A DNA stretch of 48,296 bases from Candidatus Moraniibacteriota bacterium (GTDB taxonomy: Bacteria > Patescibacteriota > Minisyncoccia > Moranbacterales > JAPLXC01). The translations under genes and the position numbers were made by a program. The notes below the pieces were generated by a model that was given only the letters and a program-made list of their open reading frames with translations, was not told the origin of the DNA and did not search any database. This document shows positions 37,573-46,606 of the stretch, piece after piece (positions within the stretch are counted from its first letter, which is position 1; each line of letters starts with the position of its first letter). The stretch is taken from NCBI GenBank assembly GCA_026396275.1, contig JAPLXC010000011.1, forward strand, positions 1-48,296. Reading direction: 5' to 3'.

Positions 37573-38613
37573 TCAGCCGGAGAGATTGATAAAATCCAAA
37601 AGTTTTCCGTCAACGGAATAAACTTTTAGCGTAATCTTTTCTCCATTTATTTGAACTATCGCATAATGCTTTCCCTGATAATAATATTCAACCACTCCGG
37701 CGCGTGGAGCTTCATAGCTTTCCACATCAGTGTTAGCTACCATAATTTGATAGATATTGCCTATTTTTTTGCGGCTGTAAATATGCTCATGGCCGCAGAA
37801 AACTGCGGTTACATCATATTTTACAAGTATATCCCAAAGCGCGTCGCGTTCCTTTTCGTACGCATCCAAGCTTTCACCGATATTCGCGGCTACTGGAAAA
37901 GCGGGCTCGTGAAAAGACACAAAAATATTTTTTCCCTTGCTGGATTCCAAATCCTTTTCCAGCCAGTCGCGCTGGGTTGAATTAATAATACGCTCCACCG
38001 GTTCTTCGCTGTCCAGGACCACGAAGTGAGAATTTTTGAAGTCAAAAGAATAAACTTTTTCACTAAATCCCGCTGGACCGTTAAGGGGAAGATCAAAATA
38101 ATTTTGCCAGACATTTTCCATTTCCGGAAACGCAACGCGATCATGATTGCCTACCACCTCATATGTCTTTGAAAGAAGTGGACCCATTACCTTTTTCCAA
38201 CTGCCAAATTCATCTTCGCAATCACTTCTGGTATCACAGCCAGAAATTAAATCTCCAACGGTGAGAACTAAATCCACATTTTTTTCTTTTATTCCCTTAA
38301 CAGCTTTCTGAAGACCCCCGTCAGGATCATTTTCTTTAAAACTCCTGGTATCACCAATAACTGCGAAGGAAAAGGAATCAGGGCTAGTTTGCAGTTCCGA
38401 ATCAGCCGGATCATTCTTCGTCTCCTTTTCAGCTTCAGAAGTAACCATATCGGATTCTTTTGCTTCAGGTTCTTCGGGCAAATTATTTGAGGGATTGGAA
38501 ATCTCAACAGTCCTGTTTCTCCCGATTTGCCACTCGGCAAATAATATCCCACTGCTAACCGCTCCCAGGGCCATAAAGAGAATAGCGAGAGTGATAATTA
38601 GATACCTCTTCAT
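37573..38613 (-). CDS. Membrane-anchored calcineurin-like metallophosphoesterase
   Basis: GD.R, GDL, GNHD, H.P, GHEH; N-terminal TM. Confidence 0.88.
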   Translation of the reverse strand: MKRYLIITLAILFMALGAVSSGILFAEWQIGRNRTVEISNPSNNLPEEPEAKESDMVTSEAEKETKNDPADSELQTSPDSFSFAVIGDTRSFKENDPDGGLQKAVKGIKEKNVDLVLTVGDLISGCDTRSDCEDEFGSWKKVMGPLLSKTYEVVGNHDRVAFPEMENVWQNYFDLPLNGPAGFSEKVYSFDFKNSHFVVLDSEEPVERIINSTQRDWLEKDLESSKGKNIFVSFHEPAFPVAANIGESLDAYEKERDALWDILVKYDVTAVFCGHEHIYSRKKIGNIYQIMVANTDVESYEAPRAGVVEYYYQGKHYAIVQINGEKITLKVYSVDGKLLDFINLSG

Positions 38614-38672
38614 ATCCTTAATTATAGCAGAAATTTGTGCTATAATGTATTTGTAATTTATAATAGAGACGT

Positions 38673-39152
38673 ATGATAATAAAATTAATCTACACGCTTT
38701 TTTTGGCTCTTCTTATCGCCCTTTTTGTGGGGCTGGGCATTGATGCTTTTTATCCGGGACCGGAAGCTCCCCAATATCCGCTGGAACTTGACGCGACAAA
38801 GCCCGGCTGTGAGGAAACCGCTGAACAAAAAACCATAAGGGATGATTTTAATAAAGCTCAAAAAGAATTTCAGGAAAAATCCAAGCCCTACAACCGGAAT
38901 GTTTCAATTATTTCCTTGGCGGCGGCTATTATTATCTTAATTTCCAGCTTGACTCTTCTTGCGAAAATCAAAATGATCGCCGACGGGATACTTTTAGGCG
39001 GGGTTTTCACCACCGCTTACAGCATCATCCGGGGTCTGATGAGCGCGGATACAAAATTCCGGTTTCTCATAGTCACTGTTGGTTTGATAATCGCCCTTAT
39101 CCTGGGCTACATAAAATTCATCCGCTCTAAAGACAATCTTCAGAAAAATTAA
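38673..39152 (+). CDS. Four-TM hypothetical membrane protein
   Basis: Hydrophobic segments; TATAAT 8 nt upstream of ATG. Confidence 0.8.
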   Translation: MIIKLIYTLFLALLIALFVGLGIDAFYPGPEAPQYPLELDATKPGCEETAEQKTIRDDFNKAQKEFQEKSKPYNRNVSIISLAAAIIILISSLTLLAKIKMIADGILLGGVFTTAYSIIRGLMSADTKFRFLIVTVGLIIALILGYIKFIRSKDNLQKN

Positions 39153-39286
39153 TTTTACGCAAACGAAAAACACTTCAAAACGCAGAAAACGCCATTTAAG
39201 GTGTTTTTTCAAATATTCATCTAGCAATATGTTATAATAATGATAAGAACAAAAACTAATAAAACAAATAGAAAGGCAGGTGAATT

Positions 39287-39919
39287 ATGAAAAAATATAT
39301 TATTCTGGGAATAGCTTCTTTTGCGGTATTGCTTCTGGCTGGTTGCGGAACGCAAACAAGTAAAACAACTCCGACCGTCAATTTGACTCCGGAGAAAAAA
39401 GTGGCTTTAAGCGTGGAAGGAGGAAATTGCACTACGAATACAAACTGCGAAACAGGACTAAAGTGCATAAGCAATAAATGCTCATCCGGAAAGGTCGGCT
39501 CGGTTTGTGCAACATACAAAGATTGCAACACTGGTCTTTACTGCGTAAAATCAGTTTGTTCCAATCCCCCGTCATATTCAAAATATTTCAATAAAATTAC
39601 TATCGCCAAAATGAAAGCGGGAATGCCTCCGAGTCTGAAAAATATCCCTGTCCCAGCCACCGAATTCAATGCAGCTACTGATGCCATAGAAATTGACGTT
39701 GAACCCAAAGCTGGCACAACTGGAGAGTTATATTACGAACTTATCGATTCCACCACAGGACAAACCACTATGTCTTCAGCTGGCAATAAAATGAAAGTTG
39801 ACCCAAGAGGAGGCGGAACTGGATTTGGCATTCCATTCGGAACAGTTGGAGATTTTGAATTGAACATCTATTTCAACAACGAGCTGATTCACACCGTGAC
39901 AGTTAAAATAAACCCATAA
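39287..39919 (+). CDS. Putative lipoprotein with two Cys-rich repeats
   Basis: Lipobox LLAGC; 2 x C-x5-C-x2-GL-x-C-x4-C. Confidence 0.75.
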   Translation: MKKYIILGIASFAVLLLAGCGTQTSKTTPTVNLTPEKKVALSVEGGNCTTNTNCETGLKCISNKCSSGKVGSVCATYKDCNTGLYCVKSVCSNPPSYSKYFNKITIAKMKAGMPPSLKNIPVPATEFNAATDAIEIDVEPKAGTTGELYYELIDSTTGQTTMSSAGNKMKVDPRGGGTGFGIPFGTVGDFELNIYFNNELIHTVTVKINP

Positions 39920-39985
39920 GATGATTTCAAAAAACAAAAACAGCTTCAAAATAAGAGGCTGCTTTTTGTTATCTGATAAGTTTTT

Positions 39986-41356
39986 TTATTTTATTTTTTC
40001 TTCCAATTTCGCTTTCGTCAGCGGTCCGACATAGCCTGTTTGAGAAATGCCATTCTGTTTTTGGAATTCCATAACTGCATTTGTAGTAAGTGGCCCGTAA
40101 AATCCAGTGATATATTGTTTATCCAAAAAACTGAGAGAAATAAGAGCTTTCTGAATATTTTTAATTCCTTCAACTGTTTGGGGATTAAAGTCTTCCGCTG
40201 ACATATTATAGCCAATGTTATTCAGATTTATTTTTTTATCCGCTTTTTCCTTATCAGTATGAGGATTGGTCACGCTGACGGTTCTTTTCCGACTAGCCTG
40301 ATTATCCAATAACTTATTCATACAGAATTTAGCTACAATTTTCTTGCTGGATTTTTTATCTACCGAAAAAGCTTCGTGGTTACCAATTTTAACTTCAGCA
40401 TCACCGTCAAAATGCTTGCCTTTGATTTCAAGTTTCAATTTATCTTTACATAATTTGCTGGTTTGGTCTTCATATTTATAAGCTTTCCAGGAGCTTATAC
40501 TTGCTTTTTCATTTTCATCTTCGTCATCATTTTCTTCTTCTTCAGTTTCGGCAATGCTGGTATATTGGGAAATTGCGAAATAAGAAGCGTGGGAAACATC
40601 AAAAGAGCAACTGCCGCCTATAACGGTACAGTCAATTTCCATAGGATCCCAGCCTTCATCGTTATCGCCGTCATTTCTTGAAAATATATTCAAAATTTGG
40701 TCGTTATATTCCGCGCCAACATGAAAAGTGATGGTGACATTATGGGAAGAAAAAGTCAAATCGTTATCGGGTATCCCGAAACGAAGTTTTAATATAATTC
40801 TTTCATTGTTGGGATCAACGATTTCAGCATACCATTCCGTAAGATCAAATGTTCCGCCTTCTTCAGTTGTTGTAACCACGGTTCCGGACGGAAAAAGAAG
40901 CGAGAAATCTCCGTCTTCGGAATCATAGCTGTATTCCTCGCTAAAAGTAACTGACGAAAATTCAAAATCTTCTCCTTCGCTAGTATAATAAAATTCAAAA
41001 GGATAATCTTCGTCCACATAAATATAAGCGAAAGTGGAATCTTCTCCTTCTTCGGTAGCCGTAATTTCGGCCGTGTAATAATATCCTGGATCCAACGCAC
41101 TAGCAAATGTTATGCTCCAATCTCCATTATTCACTGAATCTAAAGAATATTCAATTCCGTCAATTCCGTTAATTGTCACGGAAATTTCAGCGCTGCTGAT
41201 AACGCCGCTGATCGTTCCTTTGATAAGAGGCGTCGGATCATTGGTTACCATATGATAAGCCGAAACCGAAGGAGCGGCTTTTGCCTTATCCGCAGAAAAA
41301 ACCAAAAAACAGGACAAGAGGAATAATAAAATAAAAAGGCTGCTTATTTTTTTCAT
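39986..41356 (-). CDS. Secreted Ig-like-domain protein with C-terminal peptidoglycan-binding domain
   Basis: Signal peptide; TNDPTPLIKGT; ITGFYGPLT..AV..FQ..NGI..TGYVGPLT. Confidence 0.8.
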   Translation of the reverse strand: MKKISSLFILLFLLSCFLVFSADKAKAAPSVSAYHMVTNDPTPLIKGTISGVISSAEISVTINGIDGIEYSLDSVNNGDWSITFASALDPGYYYTAEITATEEGEDSTFAYIYVDEDYPFEFYYTSEGEDFEFSSVTFSEEYSYDSEDGDFSLLFPSGTVVTTTEEGGTFDLTEWYAEIVDPNNERIILKLRFGIPDNDLTFSSHNVTITFHVGAEYNDQILNIFSRNDGDNDEGWDPMEIDCTVIGGSCSFDVSHASYFAISQYTSIAETEEEENDDEDENEKASISSWKAYKYEDQTSKLCKDKLKLEIKGKHFDGDAEVKIGNHEAFSVDKKSSKKIVAKFCMNKLLDNQASRKRTVSVTNPHTDKEKADKKINLNNIGYNMSAEDFNPQTVEGIKNIQKALISLSFLDKQYITGFYGPLTTNAVMEFQKQNGISQTGYVGPLTKAKLEEKIK

Positions 41357-41558
41357 TTTTCTCGCCCCCTTTTTTTTATTTTACACAATTATTTTACCAT
41401 ATTTTTCAGAGAACGCGCAAATTCTAACCACCAGTGTCATTAATATCAATTGTACGTAAATAATTACTTACCTGAATATATACTCAAGTATATACTTAAA
41501 TACGTATTTAACACTTTCCTGGACTCACCTTGCGATGTTAGCTCTTGAGGCAAGAAAG

Positions 41559-41591
41559 CCTGCCCCGCGGGAGCGTAGCGACTTTACGGGG
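41559..41591. mobile_element. 33-bp CCTG-tagged hairpin insertion splitting a TTGACT...TAACAT promoter-like site
   Basis: Filled GAAAG[CCTGCCCCGC...ACGGGG]TCAAC versus empty GAAAG|TCAAC at 42499-42508. Confidence 0.7.
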
Positions 41592-41637
41592 TCAACTTTT
41601 AGTTACCCACTCGTTGCCCACTTGGGAAAAATAAAAA
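41591..41637. repeat. Direct repeat copy 1 flanking the protease gene
   Basis: 33 identical bp with 42503-42535, similarity extends to ~46 bp. Confidence 0.92.
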
Positions 41638-41657
41638 TGAGCCGTTTTGGGCAAAAT

Positions 41658-42449
41658 TTATTGCTTAGAAATTTTCCAGGTTATAAGTTTGTGAGACAAT
41701 GCCATAGTAGTTCCAGAAGGTATAATCTTTTCTATTCCATTTAAACTTGTTAAACCTTTCTGACAAACAATCCCTACTAACTTTCCTGAATAATTTACTA
41801 CCGGACCACCGCTAGCACCGAAAGTGGAAGCGTTGTCTATCCAGTAAGAAGCACCGTCTATACTAACACTTTTATCTAAAAATTTTGCGCTGATTTTTAT
41901 ACCATGTACAGCACCAATCATACCGCTTTTTGCCATAATCAGATTCATCGAAAATTTAAAATGATTTTCGATTTCTTTATGTTTAGCTACAAGTTCAGCA
42001 TTTCCTTCATAATTTAAACTCTTATTAAAATCTAAGGTAGGATTTATTTCATCAGGAAAACCAGCCATTATTACATCCTCCCCAACATCTGGTATACTTT
42101 CTTCCAATTCCATAAATTCGAGACCCTCTAAATTTTCAATTGGTCTTAAGATTGCCAAGTCTATCCCTAACGGCTTCACAACTCCAGAAGTCCCGACATC
42201 CAATGACACATCAGAAAAATCAATTGTATAAGGTATTGGTTGGAGGCTCCCATCATTATCAAAGGTATTAACGATAATAAGCGGCTGTTTTAATTGCTTA
42301 TATTTTTCTATAACATGGTTTGCTGTAAGTATAAAGCCTTCGCTATTGATTAAAATACCTGTTCCTGCACTAATATAATTATCTCCATCCTTTAATAGAA
42401 TCTTTCTTGTTACGTTTTTTATTTTTTTACAAATTTCAATTTTATTCAT
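41658..42449 (-). CDS. Trypsin-like serine protease (start revised to ATG 42449)
   Basis: TANHV, DLAIL, GASGGP catalytic triad; no signal peptide. Confidence 0.88.
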   Translation of the reverse strand: MNKIEICKKIKNVTRKILLKDGDNYISAGTGILINSEGFILTANHVIEKYKQLKQPLIIVNTFDNDGSLQPIPYTIDFSDVSLDVGTSGVVKPLGIDLAILRPIENLEGLEFMELEESIPDVGEDVIMAGFPDEINPTLDFNKSLNYEGNAELVAKHKEIENHFKFSMNLIMAKSGMIGAVHGIKISAKFLDKSVSIDGASYWIDNASTFGASGGPVVNYSGKLVGIVCQKGLTSLNGIEKIIPSGTTMALSHKLITWKISKQ

Positions 42450-42502
42450 ATACTTTTTAAAAAAATTAATAACCTTCCCCACTCTATTTCGCTTGCACGA
42501 AA

Positions 42503-42548
42503 GTCAACTTTTAGTTACCCACTCGTTGCCCACTTAGGGAAATAAAAA
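42503..42548. repeat. Direct repeat copy 2
   Basis: GTCAACTTTTAGTTACCCACTCGTTGCCCACTT. Confidence 0.92.
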
Positions 42549-42565
42549 CCCCTGCTTGGGGCGGG

Positions 42566-43504
42566 TTATTGAATCTTATTTCTTATTTTGTTCCAGAGCT
42601 CAAGTTCATCAGAGAGTAATTGCCTAACTACTAAATCCGTAATATTTCCGATAATTGCAAACTCAGTGTGAATTTTAAAATCATCAAGGTTCAACCATTT
42701 GTCTTGCGGATATTTTTCAGGAAAAATATGCGCGATTAAGTGTCTATGAGATTGAGTTATCCATTTATAAAAATATCCAAATGCTTTTCCGTCTAGCTCT
42801 TTGTATTTAGGATAAGCAATAGCCCAAACTAGCGTATCTTGATCTATTTTTTTTTGAGGCCTTTTAATTTCAGGATATTTTTTTATATACTCATCAGCAT
42901 CTCTAAATGCCTCTCTTCTTTCATAAAAACCTTCTAAAATTTTATAAAAACAAAAGAAACGATAGAACGGACTAGGACTATTTCTTCCCTCTCTATACAA
43001 TGAGAGAATAGCTTTAAACTTATCATCAAATTCTAGCCCCGCTGGTAGTGCAAATTCCTCTGGAGCAGCATATTGTGGAAAAGCTTCTCGAGCTGTTTGA
43101 TGTTTTAAATCAACTACAACAACACCGAAAATGGAAAGTGGTGAAGCAGAAGCAAATGTTATAAAACTAATTAAATTAGAAAGGTTATTGTATGTTCTTA
43201 CCAGAGCCTCGATAGAAGAATTTGATTTTATTTTAAATCTTATGCGCCCCAATCTTTCTTCTTCATTTTTTTCAAAGAGCATTGTTATTTCCTCCTTCTT
43301 ATCTCCTTTTATCTCGGTTTGAGTTTTAGTCTCATTTTCTTTTAACACAAATGGGCTGTCAAATTTTTTCCTTCGGTCTGGATCTTCCAATGTAAAAATT
43401 ACTTCGAATTCTCTTTTCGAAGTGTCTTTTTTTGAAGCATCCGATTTTATTAAATCGCTATCCCCTTTATCCCAGAGGGCATAGCCAAAATGGGGAATCC
43501 ACAT
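42566..43504 (-). CDS. MauJ/ApeA-like protein with C-terminal HEPN-type RxxxxH motif (start revised to ATG 43504)
   Basis: LYREG...YRFFCFYKILE and RHLIAH; TATAAT 6 nt upstream of ATG. Confidence 0.6.
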   Translation of the reverse strand: MWIPHFGYALWDKGDSDLIKSDASKKDTSKREFEVIFTLEDPDRRKKFDSPFVLKENETKTQTEIKGDKKEEITMLFEKNEEERLGRIRFKIKSNSSIEALVRTYNNLSNLISFITFASASPLSIFGVVVVDLKHQTAREAFPQYAAPEEFALPAGLEFDDKFKAILSLYREGRNSPSPFYRFFCFYKILEGFYERREAFRDADEYIKKYPEIKRPQKKIDQDTLVWAIAYPKYKELDGKAFGYFYKWITQSHRHLIAHIFPEKYPQDKWLNLDDFKIHTEFAIIGNITDLVVRQLLSDELELWNKIRNKIQ

Positions 43505-43581
43505 ATCATTATTATATCCCAAAATAAAAACAAAAAACACCATTTAAGGCGTCTTTAAAAAAATACTAACCTATTTTGTTT

Positions 43582-43800
43582 TTACCTATCCTCCACTCCC
43601 TGTCTTGCTCCGCTCATCGTATCTTGGGTTTTATTGTATGATTCGACAACTAAAAGTATAACTATAAGCAAAAAAATGCCAAGAATTATTTTCCAAACTA
43701 TTGATATTCCTCTTTTGTTTTTGCCCAGCCACTCTCCGCAATGTTTACATTTAGCTGAGTCATCCTGTATTTCTTCGGCACAATACGGGCATTTTTTCAT
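43582..43800 (-). CDS. Zinc-ribbon plus single-TM small protein
   Basis: CPYC...CKHC followed by a hydrophobic helix. Confidence 0.75.
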   Translation of the reverse strand: MKKCPYCAEEIQDDSAKCKHCGEWLGKNKRGISIVWKIILGIFLLIVILLVVESYNKTQDTMSGARQGVEDR

Positions 43801-43952
43801 TTTTTTACTTTATCCAATTACTGAATAAAATGTACCACAAAAATGACGCCTAGGAAAGTGGAGCAGACCAACACAAAAAACTCCTAGAATAAAAGTTTTT
43901 TATACAAAAAGTCCGCTTGGGACGAGATTAGAAAGTTGACCCATCGGCATCC

Positions 43953-44705
43953 TCACTTATCCCAAGGATAAACCAATGCTCCCTTGTCAGTAATTGTTTT
44001 ATATAAAGTACCAAAATATATTTCATTTAATCGGTTTATACTCTTTTTGTCCTCAACAATTTTCTTTTTCCATTTTCTTCTGATGTCCTTATACACCAAC
44101 CTATATAATAGTTCAAGCTTTTCTACGAATTGTTCGTCCTTCGATCTAGCTAGCGTATCTATCATAGAAAGCCTATCGATATCTTCATCAGTATACCTTG
44201 TGAAATGAACGTGCGACCCGCGAACCTTAATGTATCCGCTAAAAGCTGAGGTTACCAAAGTGCCCAATTTCTTAGTTGCCGAAGAGACTTTGGATTTAAT
44301 TTTTGATTTTTTATAAGCTCGTTCAATAATAGTTAAATATGCTAACATTCTTTGTTGTAAAATATAAATCTCATTTAAATAATTTTCAATGTGGTATTTA
44401 AAATAGACATATTTTGATATTCCTTTTTTTTGAAAAGGAAAAACATCTATATATATCGGGATGTTTTGTAATGCTTCATAAGAATTAGCTATCTCAGAGA
44501 ATAGTCTAAATAACTTCATAGCAAATTCGTCCTCTCGGCTCAATTTTTTTTGCGTCAAAGCTTTTGGTCCGTCTCTGTCAAATAAAACATTTCCCAAAAC
44601 TTCAGCCAGCTCCTTATCCTCATCTTTGTGGCTATCTATCCTATCTCTCGAAAAATCAAATACTAAATCAGCATATTGTTTAGTTTTACCAGTATAAAAA
44701 TCCAT
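43953..44705 (-). CDS. HEPN-domain protein (Cthe_2314-like)
   Basis: KYHIENYLNEIY and RGSHVH (Rx4H); family from recollection of motif, unverified. Confidence 0.55.
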   Translation of the reverse strand: MDFYTGKTKQYADLVFDFSRDRIDSHKDEDKELAEVLGNVLFDRDGPKALTQKKLSREDEFAMKLFRLFSEIANSYEALQNIPIYIDVFPFQKKGISKYVYFKYHIENYLNEIYILQQRMLAYLTIIERAYKKSKIKSKVSSATKKLGTLVTSAFSGYIKVRGSHVHFTRYTDEDIDRLSMIDTLARSKDEQFVEKLELLYRLVYKDIRRKWKKKIVEDKKSINRLNEIYFGTLYKTITDKGALVYPWDK

Positions 44706-44832
44706 TAAAATATAACTTCAAAAAAAATTTAACATTCCTACTTTTTGTATTATACCAGATTTTATCGTTCTGAAATAAAATGTTGAGAAATAAAAACACA
44801 AAAACAGGGTTTCCCCTGCTTCCATAATTTTG

Positions 44833-45005
44833 TTCAGCATCGTAATTTTATGCGATTAGTCCCCGCCCGCCATCGCTACGCTTCAGGCGTTGCGGGCAGG
44901 CTTTTAAAGTCTATGCATACCCTTGTATAAAAGATACAACTATCAATTACTTGGCTTGATTAGGCCTTTGACGTGTCTTGAATAAATTCAAATTTCGAAA
45001 AGATG
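44833..45005 (-). ncRNA. Structured RNA candidate, copy A (interrupted by a hairpin element)
   Basis: Homologous to 46607-46745 with three compensatory base-pair changes; followed by terminator-like hairpin 44795-44820; strand inferred. Confidence 0.6.
44866..44900. mobile_element. 35-bp CAGG-tagged hairpin insertion
   Basis: CCCGCCATCGCTACGCTTCAGGCGTTGCGGG-CAGG; absent from copy B. Confidence 0.65.
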
Positions 45006-45046
45006 AGCATATCATGCAGTTGCGCAAAATTACGAATAATTGGCTT

Positions 45047-46540
45047 TTAACTAAATAGCTTGACTAGCCACCCAAACAAACTTACGCTCCGCTCTCTTTT
45101 AGCAACAAATGCTTGCAATTTATTGTTCTGTTGAGTGAACAAATTAATTTGCTTCTGTAATACAGATCTTACAGCAGGATCGGTTATTAGATTCGCTACA
45201 TCAGTCAGAGTCTTAATTCTTGCTTGGTTTGCAACTATCTCAGCCTTTAAAGATTTAATGCCTTTATATTTTGGCCCGATAAGAAATTTTGCAAATCCAC
45301 TCCTGCTACTGATTTCATTAACTGCGTTTTCAATTTTTGCCTGAGAATCATCCTGCCCACGCACATTCATTAGTATTTTCTGCCCAATACCTCCTACCAG
45401 CTCCGCTATGGTTCTCAAATTATGGATGAAATAAGCGACATGCTTTTTATAAGAACCAGCCACTGCTTCTTTATTGCTATCATCAGTATTATTAATATTA
45501 TTATTTTCTTCGAGGGTCATCTCAAGCAACTTTTCCAATCGTTCTAATTTCTGTTCGGCTGATTCCAGAAGGCTCGCCGCTTCCTGAGGATTGGTAGCCA
45601 TCATTAGCTCAAATCCGGAGGCCGTAACCCTTACTTCGCTGAGAATATTCTTGAATGGTTCTGCAGCAATTCCGCTAGAGGCTAAATCATTTATTTTTAA
45701 TTCAACATTTCGGATTTTGGAATTGAGCTCGCCAATAGTCCCTGCAATTCTTTTCCTTAAATCACTGATTATTCCAGTATTCTTTTCGGTTAATTTTTCA
45801 TACTCTTCAATCTTTTCTGTTCCTTTGAGTAAGTCGTCTTTCAAACGCCTCACGAAAGATCCCATCTGATCAGAATTTCCAGCCAGCACGTTGAATGTAT
45901 CAAGGAATTTATTCAATAGAGGATCGGCAATGCTATTGGGATATTTTATTGTATGATCTATTTCGCTCCATCCTTCTTCAAAAATAGTTCTAACTTGTAT
46001 TTCAGCAATATAGGGATCTCTGCCAGGCCTTGACTGAATCAGGTAATGAACCGATCTATAACCATGGGGATGCAATTCAACATTACATTTATACTTTTTG
46101 TATTCCTCAACACAGGGACCTGCATCTCCTTCCCTGATATAAGCTAATGGTTGCTCGTGCAAATCCCAATTATCCTCTATAAATTTATGGATAAACACCC
46201 AGTCTTCCTTAAATAGATGAATGGCTCTTATTCCGATTAAATCTGTTATCAAAGATTTATAGTTGTGAATCGTAATCTCGCGCTTTGGATCTTCAATTTT
46301 CTTTCTTATAATCTTGGCTAAAAGATGTTCGGAGTCTTTTATCCTATATCTGACTGAATGCACTATGTCCAAAGTATGCAGTTTTTCCTCTATATACCTG
46401 GCAATAAGATTTAATTCTTTTTTGATTTTTTTATAATCTTTTTCCATGGACTGCAAATCTTCCCACTTTAAATTTGTGGATTCAAAATCCTTCTCCGATA
46501 TGTTGAATCTTGCTAAAAAATTATTCAGATCATCATTCAT
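45047..46540 (-). CDS. RelA/SpoT-type nucleotidyltransferase (small alarmone synthetase-like) with ~270-aa helical C-terminal extension
   Basis: RIKD...K, DLIGIR, GYRSVHY, EIQVRT, W.E..H...Y; no HD hydrolase domain. Confidence 0.85.
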   Translation of the reverse strand: MNDDLNNFLARFNISEKDFESTNLKWEDLQSMEKDYKKIKKELNLIARYIEEKLHTLDIVHSVRYRIKDSEHLLAKIIRKKIEDPKREITIHNYKSLITDLIGIRAIHLFKEDWVFIHKFIEDNWDLHEQPLAYIREGDAGPCVEEYKKYKCNVELHPHGYRSVHYLIQSRPGRDPYIAEIQVRTIFEEGWSEIDHTIKYPNSIADPLLNKFLDTFNVLAGNSDQMGSFVRRLKDDLLKGTEKIEEYEKLTEKNTGIISDLRKRIAGTIGELNSKIRNVELKINDLASSGIAAEPFKNILSEVRVTASGFELMMATNPQEAASLLESAEQKLERLEKLLEMTLEENNNINNTDDSNKEAVAGSYKKHVAYFIHNLRTIAELVGGIGQKILMNVRGQDDSQAKIENAVNEISSRSGFAKFLIGPKYKGIKSLKAEIVANQARIKTLTDVANLITDPAVRSVLQKQINLFTQQNNKLQAFVAKRERSVSLFGWLVKLFS

Positions 46541-46574
46541 AGTGAGTTAACTATAACACAGCTTAGCGCAACAC

Positions 46575-46600
46575 AAAAACGCCATTTACAGGCGTTTCTT
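46575..46600 (-). terminator. Terminator-like hairpin between RNA copy B and the RelA/SpoT-like gene
   Basis: AAACGCC-TGTAAAT-GGCGTTT followed by TTGTGTT. Confidence 0.65.
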
Positions 46601-46606
46601 ATATTC

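Noticed and set aside
41467-41494. Possible dif (XerCD) site
   Set aside because: Left arm and TATATA core resemble a Firmicute dif, but the conserved XerD arm (TTATGTTAAAT-like) does not match
43905-43945. GTCCGCTTGGGAC and AAAGTTGAC as a third att-like repeat
   Set aside because: Only 9 bp match, in inverted orientation; too short to support
256-45869. Numerous 60-160 aa ORFs overlapping longer, motif-bearing genes
   Set aside because: Antisense or alternative-frame shadows with no motifs or expression signals
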